Positions 1 through 10,331 of a stretch of DNA of 64,000 nucleotides are shown one piece after another. This DNA is from Spirochaetia bacterium (GTDB lineage: Bacteria; Spirochaetota; Spirochaetia; SZUA-6; Bin103), in contig CBDBOV010000001.1 in NCBI GenBank assembly GCA_965208575.1, positions 224,001-288,000 of the forward strand. The letters run 5' to 3'. A program made the position numbers and the translations under genes. Position 1 is the first letter of the stretch; every line of letters begins with the position of its first letter. The notes beneath the pieces are model-generated. The model was not told where the DNA came from. It ran no database searches and worked only from the letters and a program-made list of their open reading frames with translations.

Positions 1-2
1 GC

Positions 3-41
3 GCCCTGATGGCCCGGGCCATGGCGGACCTGCTGGCCTAA
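3..41 (+). CDS. Probable 3' end of a gene that starts before the window
   Basis: GC3-rich codons ALMARAMADLLA ending in TAA at 39-41; too short to identify. Confidence 0.35.
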   Translation, partial: ALMARAMADLLA

Positions 42-155
42 GGAGCCGGCGCCCTCGGCAAACCGGTTGTGCGACAGCCGGACACGAGCGGCCGCCCCGC
101 CCCGGTGCCGGCGCCGTGCCGGCACGGGGCCACCAGCAGTGTCACGCCCCGGCGA

Positions 156-449
156 TCACGGCGCGGCCTCCTCCGGGGGCGAACTCGGCGCCGTCGCGCC
201 GTTCGTCGGGCGCCACGGATTCATGGCGCCTTCGATACGCGCCACCCGCTCGGCCAGGGCGTGTAGGTCGGCGCGGATGGCCGTTGCCTCGGTGTGCAGG
301 TCGCGGCGCACTTCGGCCACGTCGGCTCGGAGCGTGTCGATCTCGCGGCGCAGGATTGCCCCCTGCGCACGAATCACCGGCACCAGCACCGCCAGCATCG
401 CGGCCACCGTTCCCACCGCGCCGAACAAGACGGTACCTCCGTCCGTCAT
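156..449 (-). CDS. Small membrane-anchored coiled-coil protein
   Basis: Hydrophobic N-terminus (VLFGAVGTVAAMLAVLVPVI) followed by heptad-like LRREIDTLRADVAEVRRDL...LAERVARIEG. ATG at 449 lies 6 nt after TATGCT. Confidence 0.6.
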   Translation of the reverse strand: MTDGGTVLFGAVGTVAAMLAVLVPVIRAQGAILRREIDTLRADVAEVRRDLHTEATAIRADLHALAERVARIEGAMNPWRPTNGATAPSSPPEEAAP

Positions 450-625
450 GGGACAAGCATACTGCACCCCGCCGGCTGGCGCGAGTGTAGGTCCGTTCAG
501 GGCCGGCGCAAATATGGAGCGCCCGTAATTTCAAACTGACGCACGGCCCACCAACCTTCCGAGCGTCTGGTGCGGGTCAGATCCGCCGGTTTTTCCGCGC
601 GGGGCGGGGGCAGTATATTTACTCC

Positions 626-949
626 ATGTCATCCGCAGTTACGATCGAGAAGGGAAATTTCGACGCCGAGGTCATTCAGTCCGACACGCCCGTGCTGGTG
701 GACTTCTGGGCCGAATGGTGCATGCCGTGCAAGATGGTCGCGCCGGTGCTGGAGCAGCTCTCCGAGGACTACGCCGGCCGGCTCAAGATCGCCAAGGTCG
801 ACGTGGACGACAACGGCGAAATCGCGCAGAAGTTCAACATCGTCAGCATCCCGACGCTGCTGTTGTTCAAGGGTGGCAGCGTGGTCGGCCAGCAGGTCGG
901 CGCCGTGCCGCGCGAGACCATCGAGGGCCTGTTCAAGGATTACTTGTAA
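626..949 (+). CDS. trxA: Thioredoxin
   Basis: 107 aa; PVLVDFWAEWCMPCK and SIPTLLLFKGG motifs. Confidence 0.96.
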   Translation: MSSAVTIEKGNFDAEVIQSDTPVLVDFWAEWCMPCKMVAPVLEQLSEDYAGRLKIAKVDVDDNGEIAQKFNIVSIPTLLLFKGGSVVGQQVGAVPRETIEGLFKDYL

Positions 950-996
950 TCCAAGACCACCTGTAATCCTCCAGGTCTCCACCCCGGTAGCCTGAA

Positions 997-2043
997 CTAG
1001 CCCTCGTGCACGGCGTCGCTGTTGGGGGCGCCGAGGGTGGCGCCGCGGGTGGGGACGGTGTGCCAGTCGGCGGCGCTGTCGGTGTCGGCCGACGAGCTGT
1101 TCCGGTTCAGCGACCGGGTGGAGGTGGTGGCGTCCGAGTCGATCGCGTCCTCCGGGGCGACCAGGTCGCCGGCGAACGCCCAGCCGCCCAGGGCCGCGAG
1201 CGTGTCGGCGCGCTGCATGGTGGCCTTGCTGCCGAAGCCGCGGTAGCGGTCGTCCGACTCCGAGGTGCGGTTGCTGTAGATCACGCCGTCGATCAGTTCC
1301 CCGTCCGGCGCCGTGTACACGGTGATGACGCCGTTGTTGCCTGACAGGCCGCCGCCTTCCGCCAACCAGAAATCCCACGCGCCCGCCACCGCCTGCTCGT
1401 GGCCGGAGGCATCCGGCCCGTCCACCTCGTCCTCGCCGAGTCCGTCGGTGGTGGCGTGGATGACGATATAGTCGCCGGCGGCCACTTCCACCGGCGGCAG
1501 CACCACGCGGTCGCGGTAGTCGCCGGCCACCCCGTCGTACAGGGTCACGCCGCCGAGGTTGCCGGCGGCGGTCACGTACAGCTCGATGGCGTCACGCCGC
1601 TTCTTGCTGCCCTTGGGGGTGAACTCGTTGATCACCAGCCCCGGCGGGCGCGGGTTGAATCCCCAGAATCCGGCCACCAGGGTGGTGGTGTTGCCGCGCC
1701 GGTCGCGGGCGGTGGTGTGCAGGCTGTAGCGCCTGCCGGCCGCGAACGGCTGTTCGGTGACCACGACGATGGCGGTGACCTCGCCGTCGCCTTCCACGGT
1801 GCGCACCGTGAGCGGCGGCTCGATGCGCACCGCGTCGGCGGCCATGGTGACCGGCTCGTCGAAGTGCACCGTTACCGTGTTGGGGCCGCTGGCGCCGATG
1901 GTTTCGAATACCGGCGGCAGCAGGTCGACCTCTTCCTCGAGCGCGTGCCCGACCGGCTCGCAGCCGAGGCACAGCAACCACGCGACGGCCACGGTCAACG
2001 CCCGCATGGACGCCGCCGGCCGTTTCGATTCGAATAGCTTCAT
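997..2043 (-). CDS. Lipoprotein with Ig-like and lamin-tail-like domains (resembles spirochaete TP0183-type proteins)
   Basis: Lipobox-like LLCLGC; VTVHFDEPV Ig-like strand; LVINEF...DAIELY and a C-terminal TPG-like ATLGAPNS typical of lamin-tail domains. Confidence 0.65.
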   Translation of the reverse strand: MKLFESKRPAASMRALTVAVAWLLCLGCEPVGHALEEEVDLLPPVFETIGASGPNTVTVHFDEPVTMAADAVRIEPPLTVRTVEGDGEVTAIVVVTEQPFAAGRRYSLHTTARDRRGNTTTLVAGFWGFNPRPPGLVINEFTPKGSKKRRDAIELYVTAAGNLGGVTLYDGVAGDYRDRVVLPPVEVAAGDYIVIHATTDGLGEDEVDGPDASGHEQAVAGAWDFWLAEGGGLSGNNGVITVYTAPDGELIDGVIYSNRTSESDDRYRGFGSKATMQRADTLAALGGWAFAGDLVAPEDAIDSDATTSTRSLNRNSSSADTDSAADWHTVPTRGATLGAPNSDAVHEG

Positions 2044-2100
2044 ACCCCCATAAACGGGGTTTGGTGCAATGCCGCTTCAACCGCCGGCGCCGGCTCGGCC

Positions 2101-2538
2101 TCAGCCGCCGCCGCCGGCGCCCGGCTCCAGTTCGGCGATGACGCGCAGCGCCAGGATGCGCGGCGCGGGCTGATAGGTGGCGGCTTCCGGTGTCTCGTAG
2201 CGCTGCACCAGTTCGCGCAGCAGCCGCACGGCGGTGCGGTCGTCGCCCCTCTTGTGATGCAGGAACGCCATCTCGTACTCGGCCCACAGCAGGAGACTCT
2301 GCTGCCCGGGGGAGGGATCGTCGGCGTAACGCTCACGGAACGCCGCGTACCAAGCCATCGCATTGCGGTAGTCGCCGGCGGTGGTGGCTTCCTGGGCGCG
2401 CTGGAAGTACTCCGCGGGCGTAATCTCGCCGGTCAGGTTGTCGGGGCCGCTCGCGCAGCTCGCCAACAGCCAGGCACCACCGATCAGCAGGGCGACCTGC
2501 GTCCACCCCGGTCGTGCGCCAACGGTTCGCTGTGTCAT
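2101..2538 (-). CDS. Small TPR-like lipoprotein (BamD/Tol-Pal-like helical repeat)
   Basis: Lipobox LLASC; EYFQRAQEA...YRNAMAWY and AEYEMAFLHHK helices. Its ATG overlaps the upstream TGA (ATGA, 2535-2538). Confidence 0.7.
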   Translation of the reverse strand: MTQRTVGARPGWTQVALLIGGAWLLASCASGPDNLTGEITPAEYFQRAQEATTAGDYRNAMAWYAAFRERYADDPSPGQQSLLLWAEYEMAFLHHKRGDDRTAVRLLRELVQRYETPEAATYQPAPRILALRVIAELEPGAGGGG

Positions 2539-5516
2539 GGTGTCTCCTCCCCTCGCGTGTCGAAGTACGGTTGCAGCGGCTCGGTGACCATATAGTACCT
2601 GTTCGACGCATTCCAGAGGGTGAACCCGGAACCGGCCGCGGCCCGGTTGCCGTCGAGCTGGCGCGTCAGGTAGCGGCTGTACTCCTCCTCCTCCATGCGC
2701 AGTTCGCCGCCGATCAGGAACGCCTGCACGTACGGCCTTATGTGCGCCCGCCCGCGCACCATGCGCTGCGCCCGCCGCACGCCGGATTGGTAGATGTCGT
2801 GCGCGCGTTCGAGGTAGCCGCGGTCGGCGAGGAAGTGGTTCGGGAAGTGGGAGGGATAGAACATGGGGCTGATCACGTCGGCGTAGTCGGCGAGCACGCC
2901 GATGTCCTGGCCGATGAAGTTGCCGGCGCGGTACCAGGAGTTGAACCCGAACAGGTCGGTGCTGATCGGCACGTCCAGGCGTTCGCGCGCCGCCGCCAGG
3001 AACGACTCGATGGCGTCGATGCGGCGCATGCCGGGGCGCCGGTGGCGGTACAGGGCGCGCTCGGTGGGGCCGTCGGAGGGAAAGCGGATGTAGTCGAATT
3101 GAATCTCGTCCACGCCGCGGGCGGCCAGTTCCGCCGCCACTTCGATGTTGTACTGCCACACCTCCGGGGCGAACGGGTCGACCCAGTACTCGCGCTGCAC
3201 CAGTTCGCCGGAGTCGTCCCCGGCCGGCACCAGGTGGCGCCACGGTGCGTCCTGCTCGCGATCCCAGATCGCCTGCCGGTGGTTGTCCCAGTCGTACAGC
3301 ACCGGATCCTTGAACACCACCAGGCGGGCGATGACGTAGATGCCGGCGGCGTGCGCGTCCGCGATGAGCCGGTCCAGCTCGATCGGTCCCGGCGCCGCTC
3401 CCATGGCCCGCGCGAGCGGCAGCTCGGAGTCGTAGCCGAGGCGGCCGAAGTCGTCCTTGAAGTCGATGACCACCGAGTCGAGGCCGTGCCGGAGCAGGAG
3501 GTCGAGATACTCCGGCAGCGCCTCGGCCGCCCGGTCGGCCCGCACGTAGATGCCGTTGCGCAGCGCCGCCCGCGCGCGCGGGGCAGCGGCGCCGATGCCG
3601 TCCGGTCCGGCAACCCACCCCGGTTCGCCGGCCGCGAGCATGTGCTCGTGGGCGCTCGTTCCGGCGTTCGTTGCCGTGGCCGCCACCGCTGGCGGGTTGC
3701 CGTGGCCGCGGGCGGTGCCGCGCGCCGCCGCGAGTGCCGCCGCCAGGTGCGCGCCGTGGTAGCCCGCGGTGGGGCTGCCCGGTTCCGCGGGGGCAGGCGC
3801 CGCGGCCGCACCGTCCGCGGGCCGGCGGGCGGTCGCCGGCGCCGGTGCGGCCTGCCGCCCGGCGGACGGCTCCGCGGCCGCAAGCGGTGCGGCGGGCTGC
3901 CGGTCGGCGGCGGGCGGGGAGTGCTGGTCGGCACAGTGCTCGCTGTCCTCGTTTGCGTGCTCGGGCGTGGAGCACTCGGGCGGCGGCACCCGCGGCAGGC
4001 CGGCCGCGATCCCCTCTCCCGCGCCGCGGTCGCCGTGCGCGGCGCGATCTGCGTGCGCGGCAGAGTCTGCGTGCGCAACTGGGTCTGCGTGCGCGGCGGG
4101 ATCTGCGGGTGCGGCGGGGTCAGCCGGCGCGGCGGGGTCTGCGGGAGCGGCGGCGCCGGAATCGGCCGCGGCAACCGCGGTGTGCTGCGCTCCGGCGGCG
4201 GTCGCCGGCGCCCGTTTCGCGCCGTCGGTGCGGGGTTGCGGTTGTTCCGGAGCGCCGGCCGTCGCGGCCGCGCCGCCCGCGGCCTCGGTCTCCGGCGCGG
4301 AGGGTGGGGTTGCGTCGGCTGCCGGCGAGGCGGCGGCGCCGGGTACGGCCGCGGCGACCGCGGTGTGCTGTGCTCCTGTGACGGTCGGCGGCGCCGGGTC
4401 CGCGCCGTCGGTGCGGGGTCGCGGTGGTTCCGGAGCGCCGGCCGTCGCCGCGTCGTCGACCGCGGCCCCGGTCCCCGGCGTGGTGGGTGGGGTTGCCTCG
4501 GCCACCGGCGAGGTGGGCGCGTCGGTGCCGGTTTGCGGGGCCACGTCCGCGGGCGCCTCCACGCCGGCCGGCGGCGGGCCGGACCGGCCGGCCGCGGCCC
4601 CCGAACCGGCGTCCGCCGCCTGCTCCGAGGGCTCAGAGGGCTCCGAGGGCTCCGCCGGCTCCGAGGGTTGCAGCGGTTCCGGCGGTTCCGGCGGTTGCAG
4701 CGGAACTCCGCGGCGCACCGGTTCGGCGCCGGCGATGGGCGACCAGGTGCCGCCGGCGGCCAGCCGCCAGCGCGCATCGACGGTGCCGGCGAGCAGCTCC
4801 CAGCCGTCGCCGGAGTCCGCGAAGCCAAGCTGGATGGTGGCCATCGCCGGCACCGGGAAGCGCAGCAGTCCGGTGCCGGGGGACTCGCGCTGTTCCGCGA
4901 ACCGGTCGGCGACGTAGAATACGCCGCCGTCGAAGCCGGCCAGCACCGCCATGGCGCGTGGCTCCGCCGGATCGTAGGTCAGCGCGGCCACCTCCTCGTA
5001 GAACAGCGAACGGTCGGCCAGGAAGCGGATGGCGGGGGTGAGATGGACCCAGGTGGCGCCGCCGTCGGCGGTTTCGTAGATGCCGTGGAACGAGGTGCCC
5101 ACCAACATGCCGGCGGGATCGTGCGGCGACAGCGCGACGGCGGTGAAGTAGGCGTGCGGGTGGATCCGCTCGGTGGCGACCTGCCGCCACGCCATGCCGC
5201 CGTCGGTGGTCAGGTACACGCCGGTGGCGGTGGTGGCGGCCAGCCGCCGCGGATTGGAGGGGTCGGCGGCCAGGGAGGTGACGGCGGCGTACTCGGGGGG
5301 ATCCGGAAACGGGTATACCACGCGGTGCGGCAGGCCGGTGGCGCGCGGCTGCCAGGTGTGCCCCTGGTCGAACGACACGTGCACCCCGGCGCGCCGGCTG
5401 CGCGCGTAGCGGTACTCGCCGGCCACCAGGATCTGCTCGAACTCCGGCGGCGCGGCGCCGGCCGCGGGCTCCTGCGACTGCGCCGGAACGGCCGCGGCGG
5501 TCGCCAGGCACAGCAC
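2535..5516 (-). CDS. Secreted protein: Asp-box/BNR propeller + long Ala/Pro linker + putative glycoside hydrolase (DUF4015-like TIM barrel)
   Basis: Asp-boxes SFDQGHTW, TTDGGMAW, TADGGATW. C-terminal VVIDFKDDFG, YVIARLVVFKD, GVDEIQFDYIRFP and ISPMFYPSHF motifs. The start codon is uncertain. Confidence 0.75.
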   Translation of the reverse strand: MLCLATAAAVPAQSQEPAAGAAPPEFEQILVAGEYRYARSRRAGVHVSFDQGHTWQPRATGLPHRVVYPFPDPPEYAAVTSLAADPSNPRRLAATTATGVYLTTDGGMAWRQVATERIHPHAYFTAVALSPHDPAGMLVGTSFHGIYETADGGATWVHLTPAIRFLADRSLFYEEVAALTYDPAEPRAMAVLAGFDGGVFYVADRFAEQRESPGTGLLRFPVPAMATIQLGFADSGDGWELLAGTVDARWRLAAGGTWSPIAGAEPVRRGVPLQPPEPPEPLQPSEPAEPSEPSEPSEQAADAGSGAAAGRSGPPPAGVEAPADVAPQTGTDAPTSPVAEATPPTTPGTGAAVDDAATAGAPEPPRPRTDGADPAPPTVTGAQHTAVAAAVPGAAASPAADATPPSAPETEAAGGAAATAGAPEQPQPRTDGAKRAPATAAGAQHTAVAAADSGAAAPADPAAPADPAAPADPAAHADPVAHADSAAHADRAAHGDRGAGEGIAAGLPRVPPPECSTPEHANEDSEHCADQHSPPAADRQPAAPLAAAEPSAGRQAAPAPATARRPADGAAAAPAPAEPGSPTAGYHGAHLAAALAAARGTARGHGNPPAVAATATNAGTSAHEHMLAAGEPGWVAGPDGIGAAAPRARAALRNGIYVRADRAAEALPEYLDLLLRHGLDSVVIDFKDDFGRLGYDSELPLARAMGAAPGPIELDRLIADAHAAGIYVIARLVVFKDPVLYDWDNHRQAIWDREQDAPWRHLVPAGDDSGELVQREYWVDPFAPEVWQYNIEVAAELAARGVDEIQFDYIRFPSDGPTERALYRHRRPGMRRIDAIESFLAAARERLDVPISTDLFGFNSWYRAGNFIGQDIGVLADYADVISPMFYPSHFPNHFLADRGYLERAHDIYQSGVRRAQRMVRGRAHIRPYVQAFLIGGELRMEEEEYSRYLTRQLDGNRAAAGSGFTLWNASNRYYMVTEPLQPYFDTRGEETP
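4040..4700. repeat. In-frame tandem repeats in the hydrolase linker
   Basis: A ~180-bp unit twice (about 4170-4345 and 4350-4525), 18-bp units (ADPAAP/ADSAAH) at about 4040-4160, and 9-bp units (EPS) at about 4620-4700. Confidence 0.8.
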
Positions 5517-5607
5517 GAGCAGCGCCGCCGCGGCCGCGCTGCCGTGCGCGCGCGGCGATGCAGTGCGGGACGCGAGCCCGCTTGCCCCCGCGTGCAGTCG
5601 GGCTGCC

Positions 5608-6834
5608 CTACGAGGCGGCGCCGGGGGCGCGCAGATGAGCGATGATGCGGTCCGCGAAGTCGCTGGTGCCGACTTGGGTGGCGCCTTCCATGAGGCGGGC
5701 GAAGTCGTAGGTCACGCAGCGCTCGCCGATGGTGCGGGTCAGCGCACCGTCGATCAGCCGCGCCGCCTCGGTCCAGCCGAGGTACTCGAACATCATCACC
5801 CCGGACAGGATCACCGACGACGGGTTGATCACGTTCTTGCCGGCGTACTTGGGCGCCGTGCCGTGGGTGGCCTCGAACACCGCGTGGCCGGTCTTGTAGT
5901 TGATGTTGGCGCCGGGGGCGATGCCGATGCCGCCCACCTGCGCCGCGAGCGCGTCGGAGATGTAGTCGCCGTTCAGGTTCATGGTCGCCACCACGTCGAA
6001 CTCCGCCGGCCGGGTCAGCACCTGCTGCAGGAAGATGTCGGCGATGGTGTCCTTGATCAGGATCTTGCCCTCCGGCACCTCGTCGTCGATGTCGTCCCAG
6101 GTCACGGTGCGGTCTCCGTAGTGCTCGGCGGCCACGCCGTAGCCCCACTCCCGGAACGCGCCCTCGGTGAACTTCTGGATGTTGCCCTTGTGCACCAGGG
6201 TGACGCTGCGGCGGTCGTGCTCGATGGCGTAGTCGATGGCCGCGCGCACCAGCCGCTCGGTGCCGGTGCGGCTGATCGGCTTGATGCCGATGCCGGAGTC
6301 GGTGCGCACCGCCCAGCCCAGATCGTCCTTCAGGAAGCGCAGCAGCCGGGCGGCCTCGTCGCTGCCGGCGGGCACCTCGAAGCCGGCGTACACGTCCTCG
6401 GTATTCTCCCGGAACACCACCATGTCGACCAGTTCCGGGCGGCGCACCGGGGAGGGCACGCCGGGGTAGTACTTGACCGGGCGCAGGCACACGTACAGCT
6501 CCAGGCGCTGGCGCAGCGCCACGTTCAGGCTGCGGATGCCGCCGCCCACCGGCGTGGTGAGCGGACCCTTGATGCCGACCAGGTGGTCGCGGAACGCCTG
6601 CTCGGTGGCGTCCGGCAGCCAGCTCCCGGTGCGGTCGAACGCCTTCTGGCCGGCCAGCACCTCGGTCCAGGCCACGGCGCGCTCGCCGCCGTACGCCTGC
6701 TCCACGGCGGCGTCGAAGATGCGCACCGCGGCGGCCCAGATGTCGGGCCCGGTGCCGTCTCCCTCGATGAACGGTATGAGCGGCCGATCCGGCACGCTCA
6801 GCCCGGCATCGGTCATCGTGATCAGTTGTCCCAC
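5608..6834 (-). CDS. icd: NADP-dependent isocitrate dehydrogenase
   Basis: [67 protein letters not shown] and [13 protein letters not shown] motifs; GTG start at 6834. Confidence 0.96.
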   Translation of the reverse strand: MGQLITMTDAGLSVPDRPLIPFIEGDGTGPDIWAAAVRIFDAAVEQAYGGERAVAWTEVLAGQKAFDRTGSWLPDATEQAFRDHLVGIKGPLTTPVGGGIRSLNVALRQRLELYVCLRPVKYYPGVPSPVRRPELVDMVVFRENTEDVYAGFEVPAGSDEAARLLRFLKDDLGWAVRTDSGIGIKPISRTGTERLVRAAIDYAIEHDRRSVTLVHKGNIQKFTEGAFREWGYGVAAEHYGDRTVTWDDIDDEVPEGKILIKDTIADIFLQQVLTRPAEFDVVATMNLNGDYISDALAAQVGGIGIAPGANINYKTGHAVFEATHGTAPKYAGKNVINPSSVILSGVMMFEYLGWTEAARLIDGALTRTIGERCVTYDFARLMEGATQVGTSDFADRIIAHLRAPGAAS

Positions 6835-6899
6835 GGGTACTCCAGTTTCGGTTGGCTGTGCTGCTGCCGGGCCAAAGTGCAGCCGCGCACCCCCCGGCG

Positions 6900-7310
6900 T
6901 CAACCGCGCTCGCGGGTCAGGGAGTGGGAGACCACTTCGAGTTGTGCAGGAAAGCCGGGGCCGGATGCCGGTTGCACGATGCGGCCGCGCACGGTCACCC
7001 GGCGCTGCTGCAGGTCCCAGAGCGGGTCGGCCCGCTCGCCGACCAGTTCGTACTGTTCGTCGGCGGCGGTGACGATGACCAGGGTGACAAGCGGGTCCGA
7101 GCCGGTCGCCACGATCCGCCCGGTGACGGCGATCGTCTCGTCCGCCGCGGGCGCCGCCGGCTTGGCCCCGGCCGGCCCGTTCGGCACGGGTGGCCCGTTC
7201 GGCACGGCTGCCGCTTCCGGCGCGGCGGGCCGGTCCGCGTCCGAGGCGCATGCCGCGCATGCCAGCAGCACCGCGGCGGCCAGCGCCATGGCCGCGCCGG
7301 CGCGCTTCAT
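6900..7310 (-). CDS. Small lipoprotein (partner A of the metalloprotease), beta-rich OB-like fold
   Basis: Signal peptide with Cys; [12 protein letters not shown]...YELVGE...VTVRGRIV...PAQLEV, paralogous to 15894-16232. Confidence 0.75.
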   Translation of the reverse strand: MKRAGAAMALAAAVLLACAACASDADRPAAPEAAAVPNGPPVPNGPAGAKPAAPAADETIAVTGRIVATGSDPLVTLVIVTAADEQYELVGERADPLWDLQQRRVTVRGRIVQPASGPGFPAQLEVVSHSLTRERG

Positions 7311-7350
7311 CCCGCGGCGCCCGTCATTCCCCGGCGGCCCCTGGTGGCCG

Positions 7351-10180
7351 TCACTCCTTGACTACCACCGTGATACGGTTGTCCGACTCCGCGCTGACGC
7401 GCAGGCGGACGGTTCCGCTGTTGCGCCCGAGCGTGGTGTACATGTTGGAGTGCGGCGGCTGCTGACGGTCGTTGAACACCGGCAAGGGATGCAGGAACGG
7501 CCCCGGCCGGGCCACGCGGCCCGGCGCCTTGACATAGTTGTACAGGTTGATCGACCCCAGCCGGTACTCCACGCCTGCGGTAGAAGAGATCCTCCAGTTC
7601 CCGGTGTTGTACTGGTACGGGACGGGAGCTTCGGTGCTGTCCGAGAGCAGGTTGGCGGCCGCCCAGTTCGTCAGCAGTTCCAGGAACGACTCGTCGTGGC
7701 CCTGGTTGCGTACTGCCGCTTCGACCGCACCGACGCCGGCGTGAGGGCTCTGCACGATGTCGGAGAACAGCGCGGCGCCGCCGTAGTTGCGCGCCAGGTA
7801 GGCGCCGAACGCGTAGACGATCGAGTAGTTGGGAAGCGGGTAACTGCGCGGCCAACTGGTAACCTGGATGTCGTTGTACAGGTTGTAGTTCGGCAGCCGC
7901 CCTCGCCTGTTCTCCGGCTCGCCCGCGGTGGGATCGTCGTGGGCGACCGCGCGCGGGCCGTCGATCATGGCCTTGTCGGCAATCAGATCCTCCGCCACTT
8001 CCGACGCCATCTCGTTGAGCCACGATTCGCTTACCGCATCGCGCAGTGCGGACTTCTGATAGAAGTGGATCATGTGCTGGAACTCGTGAGCCAGCGTGCC
8101 GAGGGACACGGTAGGCGCGGAATCGGTCACCTCCCAGGTCTCGCCCGAGGCGAACGCCAGGATTGGCGAATCCATGAAGAACGCCAGCCGCTCAATCGAG
8201 TACTGGTAGTGGCGATGATCGGGCTGTCGCAGGTGGTTGTGTATCCGGCTGTAGTAACCGATGGTGCGAGCCCCGGTCGGATAGCCGTCATTCGCGATGT
8301 CGAACAGAAAGATGTGGATCTCGCGCGCCGCCTGCGGGGGAATCAGCATCGGATTGTCGTGCGCGCCCCATGGCGCGCCGAACACGGTGGTGACCCAGTC
8401 GACGATGTCGTTACTGTCGCCCGGCCGGAGGAACCGCTCCGTGAACGCGCTCAGCATCTCCGATGTCACGCAGTCGCCCCGGCTGCGACAGGTTCCCTCC
8501 CACTCCTGGTCCGCCACCCAGAACGCCACGCTCGTGGTGCCGTCCGTCACGACGCTCCGAACCGTCGCAGATACGTATTCCTCATCGATGAGGTCGAAGA
8601 AGCGGAGCCGGTCGCCGGTCGCCACCGCCGGCCGGGCCAGTACCGACTGACTGCGCTCCGGGTCGACCGACCCGTCCCATACCGGCGGGCCGTCGTCGAA
8701 GTTGTTGAACCGGTTGATCCATGCCAGCCGCGGGTGCAGTGCTCCCGCATCCGGCCTCGATTCGGGCGCCTCCTGCGCCGCCGCGGCCAATCCTTTGGCT
8801 TGTGCATCGCGGAGATTGAGCCATTCCACCTGGGGATCGACATGGTAGTTGCCGGCGGTGGCGATCACGTACACGTCCGCCTCCGCGCTGCCGAGGTCGA
8901 GCGTGTACAGCGTGTCGTCGAGCGTCTCGCCACCCGGGTTGAGCACGAACACCTGGTCTCCGCTGCCGCGGTAGGTGGAGGACACGGTTTCCGGTCGAGC
9001 CCCGGGCGTTGCGCCGCCAACCGTGAACTGCGTGATGACGCGTCCGGTGCCGCGGCTGCTCGTTCCGCCGGGACCGGTGAAGGTGCCGGTGAACGTGGTG
9101 ACGTGTCCATGGTTGTAGATGCGCACCACGTAGTTGGTCTCGTCAGTGTCGCACTTACTGCCCCAGTGGCTGACGCGCACCTCGTACAGGCCGGGCGGCG
9201 GAGTTCCCTGCGACCATCCGATGTGTTCGTTCCTGATGAATGCCTGGGATCCGCAAGCGGAGTCGAGGTCGAGCGTGCCCCCGCTTGCTACCTCCTCGCT
9301 ATTGTAGTAGACCTCGTCGCCGTTCGGATCCGCCACGTGCAGGTCGAGGTCTGCGTCGGTGTCCCAGGTGAGCGTGACCTCCACGTCTCCGGTGCCCACG
9401 GGTACCGGCACGATGGTATGGCACACCGACGGACCGACCGCACCGCTGCTGTCCACCGCCGACACTGCAAGGCAACCCCGCTCGAGGGCCGGGTCGAGAT
9501 CGAACCGTACCTCTCCAACGAGTCGATGCGTCGTGGCGACGTCCTGCACGTCTACTTCGTAGTAGCCGAAGCTGACTCCGTCAACCGAGATCAGCAGTTT
9601 GTCGGCGCCGGTGCCCGGTTCGAGTGTGGCGTCCAGGAGCACGGCTCCGCCGGACGTGATGACATGGTTGCCCGATACGGCGACAGCGGGTCCGCCACTC
9701 GGCTCCGGCACGTCGGCCGGCCTGAGCGTGCCGCGTCCGTTGTCGCTGGAGACCGCTGACAGGATAGACCCGATGAAGGGGAGTCGGTTGACCGTGATGG
9801 CGAATTGGATCTCGTCGGTCCGCCGGTTGGCGTCCCGGACCTGATAGGTCATCCGGTACGTGGCCGGCGGCGCGGATGCGGTCGGGGTACCGCTCAACGT
9901 GCGCTGCTTTGGATCGAAAGTCAGCCCGGGAACGTCGGGACTGAGGGAATAGATCAGGGTCCCGCTGCCGCCGGCGGCAGCGGGAAGGCGGAGAGTCTGG
10001 ATCGGCCGATCGGCGAAGTAGGTCTGATCGCGCACGTTTCCCGTGAACTTCGGAGGGTTGACCGGGGTCGCCGTCGAGCAACCGACCAGGGCAGCGGCGG
10101 TGAGCGCCGCCAGCAGGGCCGTGGCGAGGTGCCGGGATCGTCGGTGCCGGCGCGCGCGCCGCGCATATGTTTTTTTCCAT
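7351..10180 (-). CDS. M30-like Zn metalloprotease lipoprotein, copy 1 (Ig-like + YfaP-like + HExxH domains); natural ATG is out of frame through an A7 tract
   Basis: LAHEFQHMIHF and WLNEMASEVAED; lipobox ALVGC; VPGLTFD...TLSGTP Ig-like motif; VTLTWDTDADLDLHV YfaP-like motif. The ATG at 10180 has the same acgacATG context as the paralog starts. Confidence 0.8.
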
Positions 10181-10280
10181 GTCGTCGGTCCAATTATAGT
10201 CTCTCCTGCATAGCAAACAAGATGGTGACAGTAACGGAACGTCTGGCCCCGTGGCGGGCCGGTCTGCATCGGCCCCGTGT

Positions 10281-10331
10281 CGGCGCGCTTCATCCCATGG
10301 CGCCGGTCATTCCCCGGCGGCCCTGTGGCCG
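10281..10331. repeat. Degenerate copy of the protease-to-lipoprotein junction (remnant of a partner gene start)
   Basis: cggcgcgcttcatccc...gtcattccccggcggccc matches 7298-7350 and keeps the MKRA start codons. Confidence 0.75.

Noticed and set aside
701-733. Thioredoxin WCMPC instead of WCGPC
   Set aside because: A single-residue variant in an otherwise ordinary thioredoxin; no evidence of a new function.
5563-9759. Very long plus-strand ORF of 1398 aa (likewise 2514-5645, 10251-13229, 16367-18997, 58610-62434)
   Set aside because: Antisense shadows of well-supported genes in high-GC DNA; no motifs.
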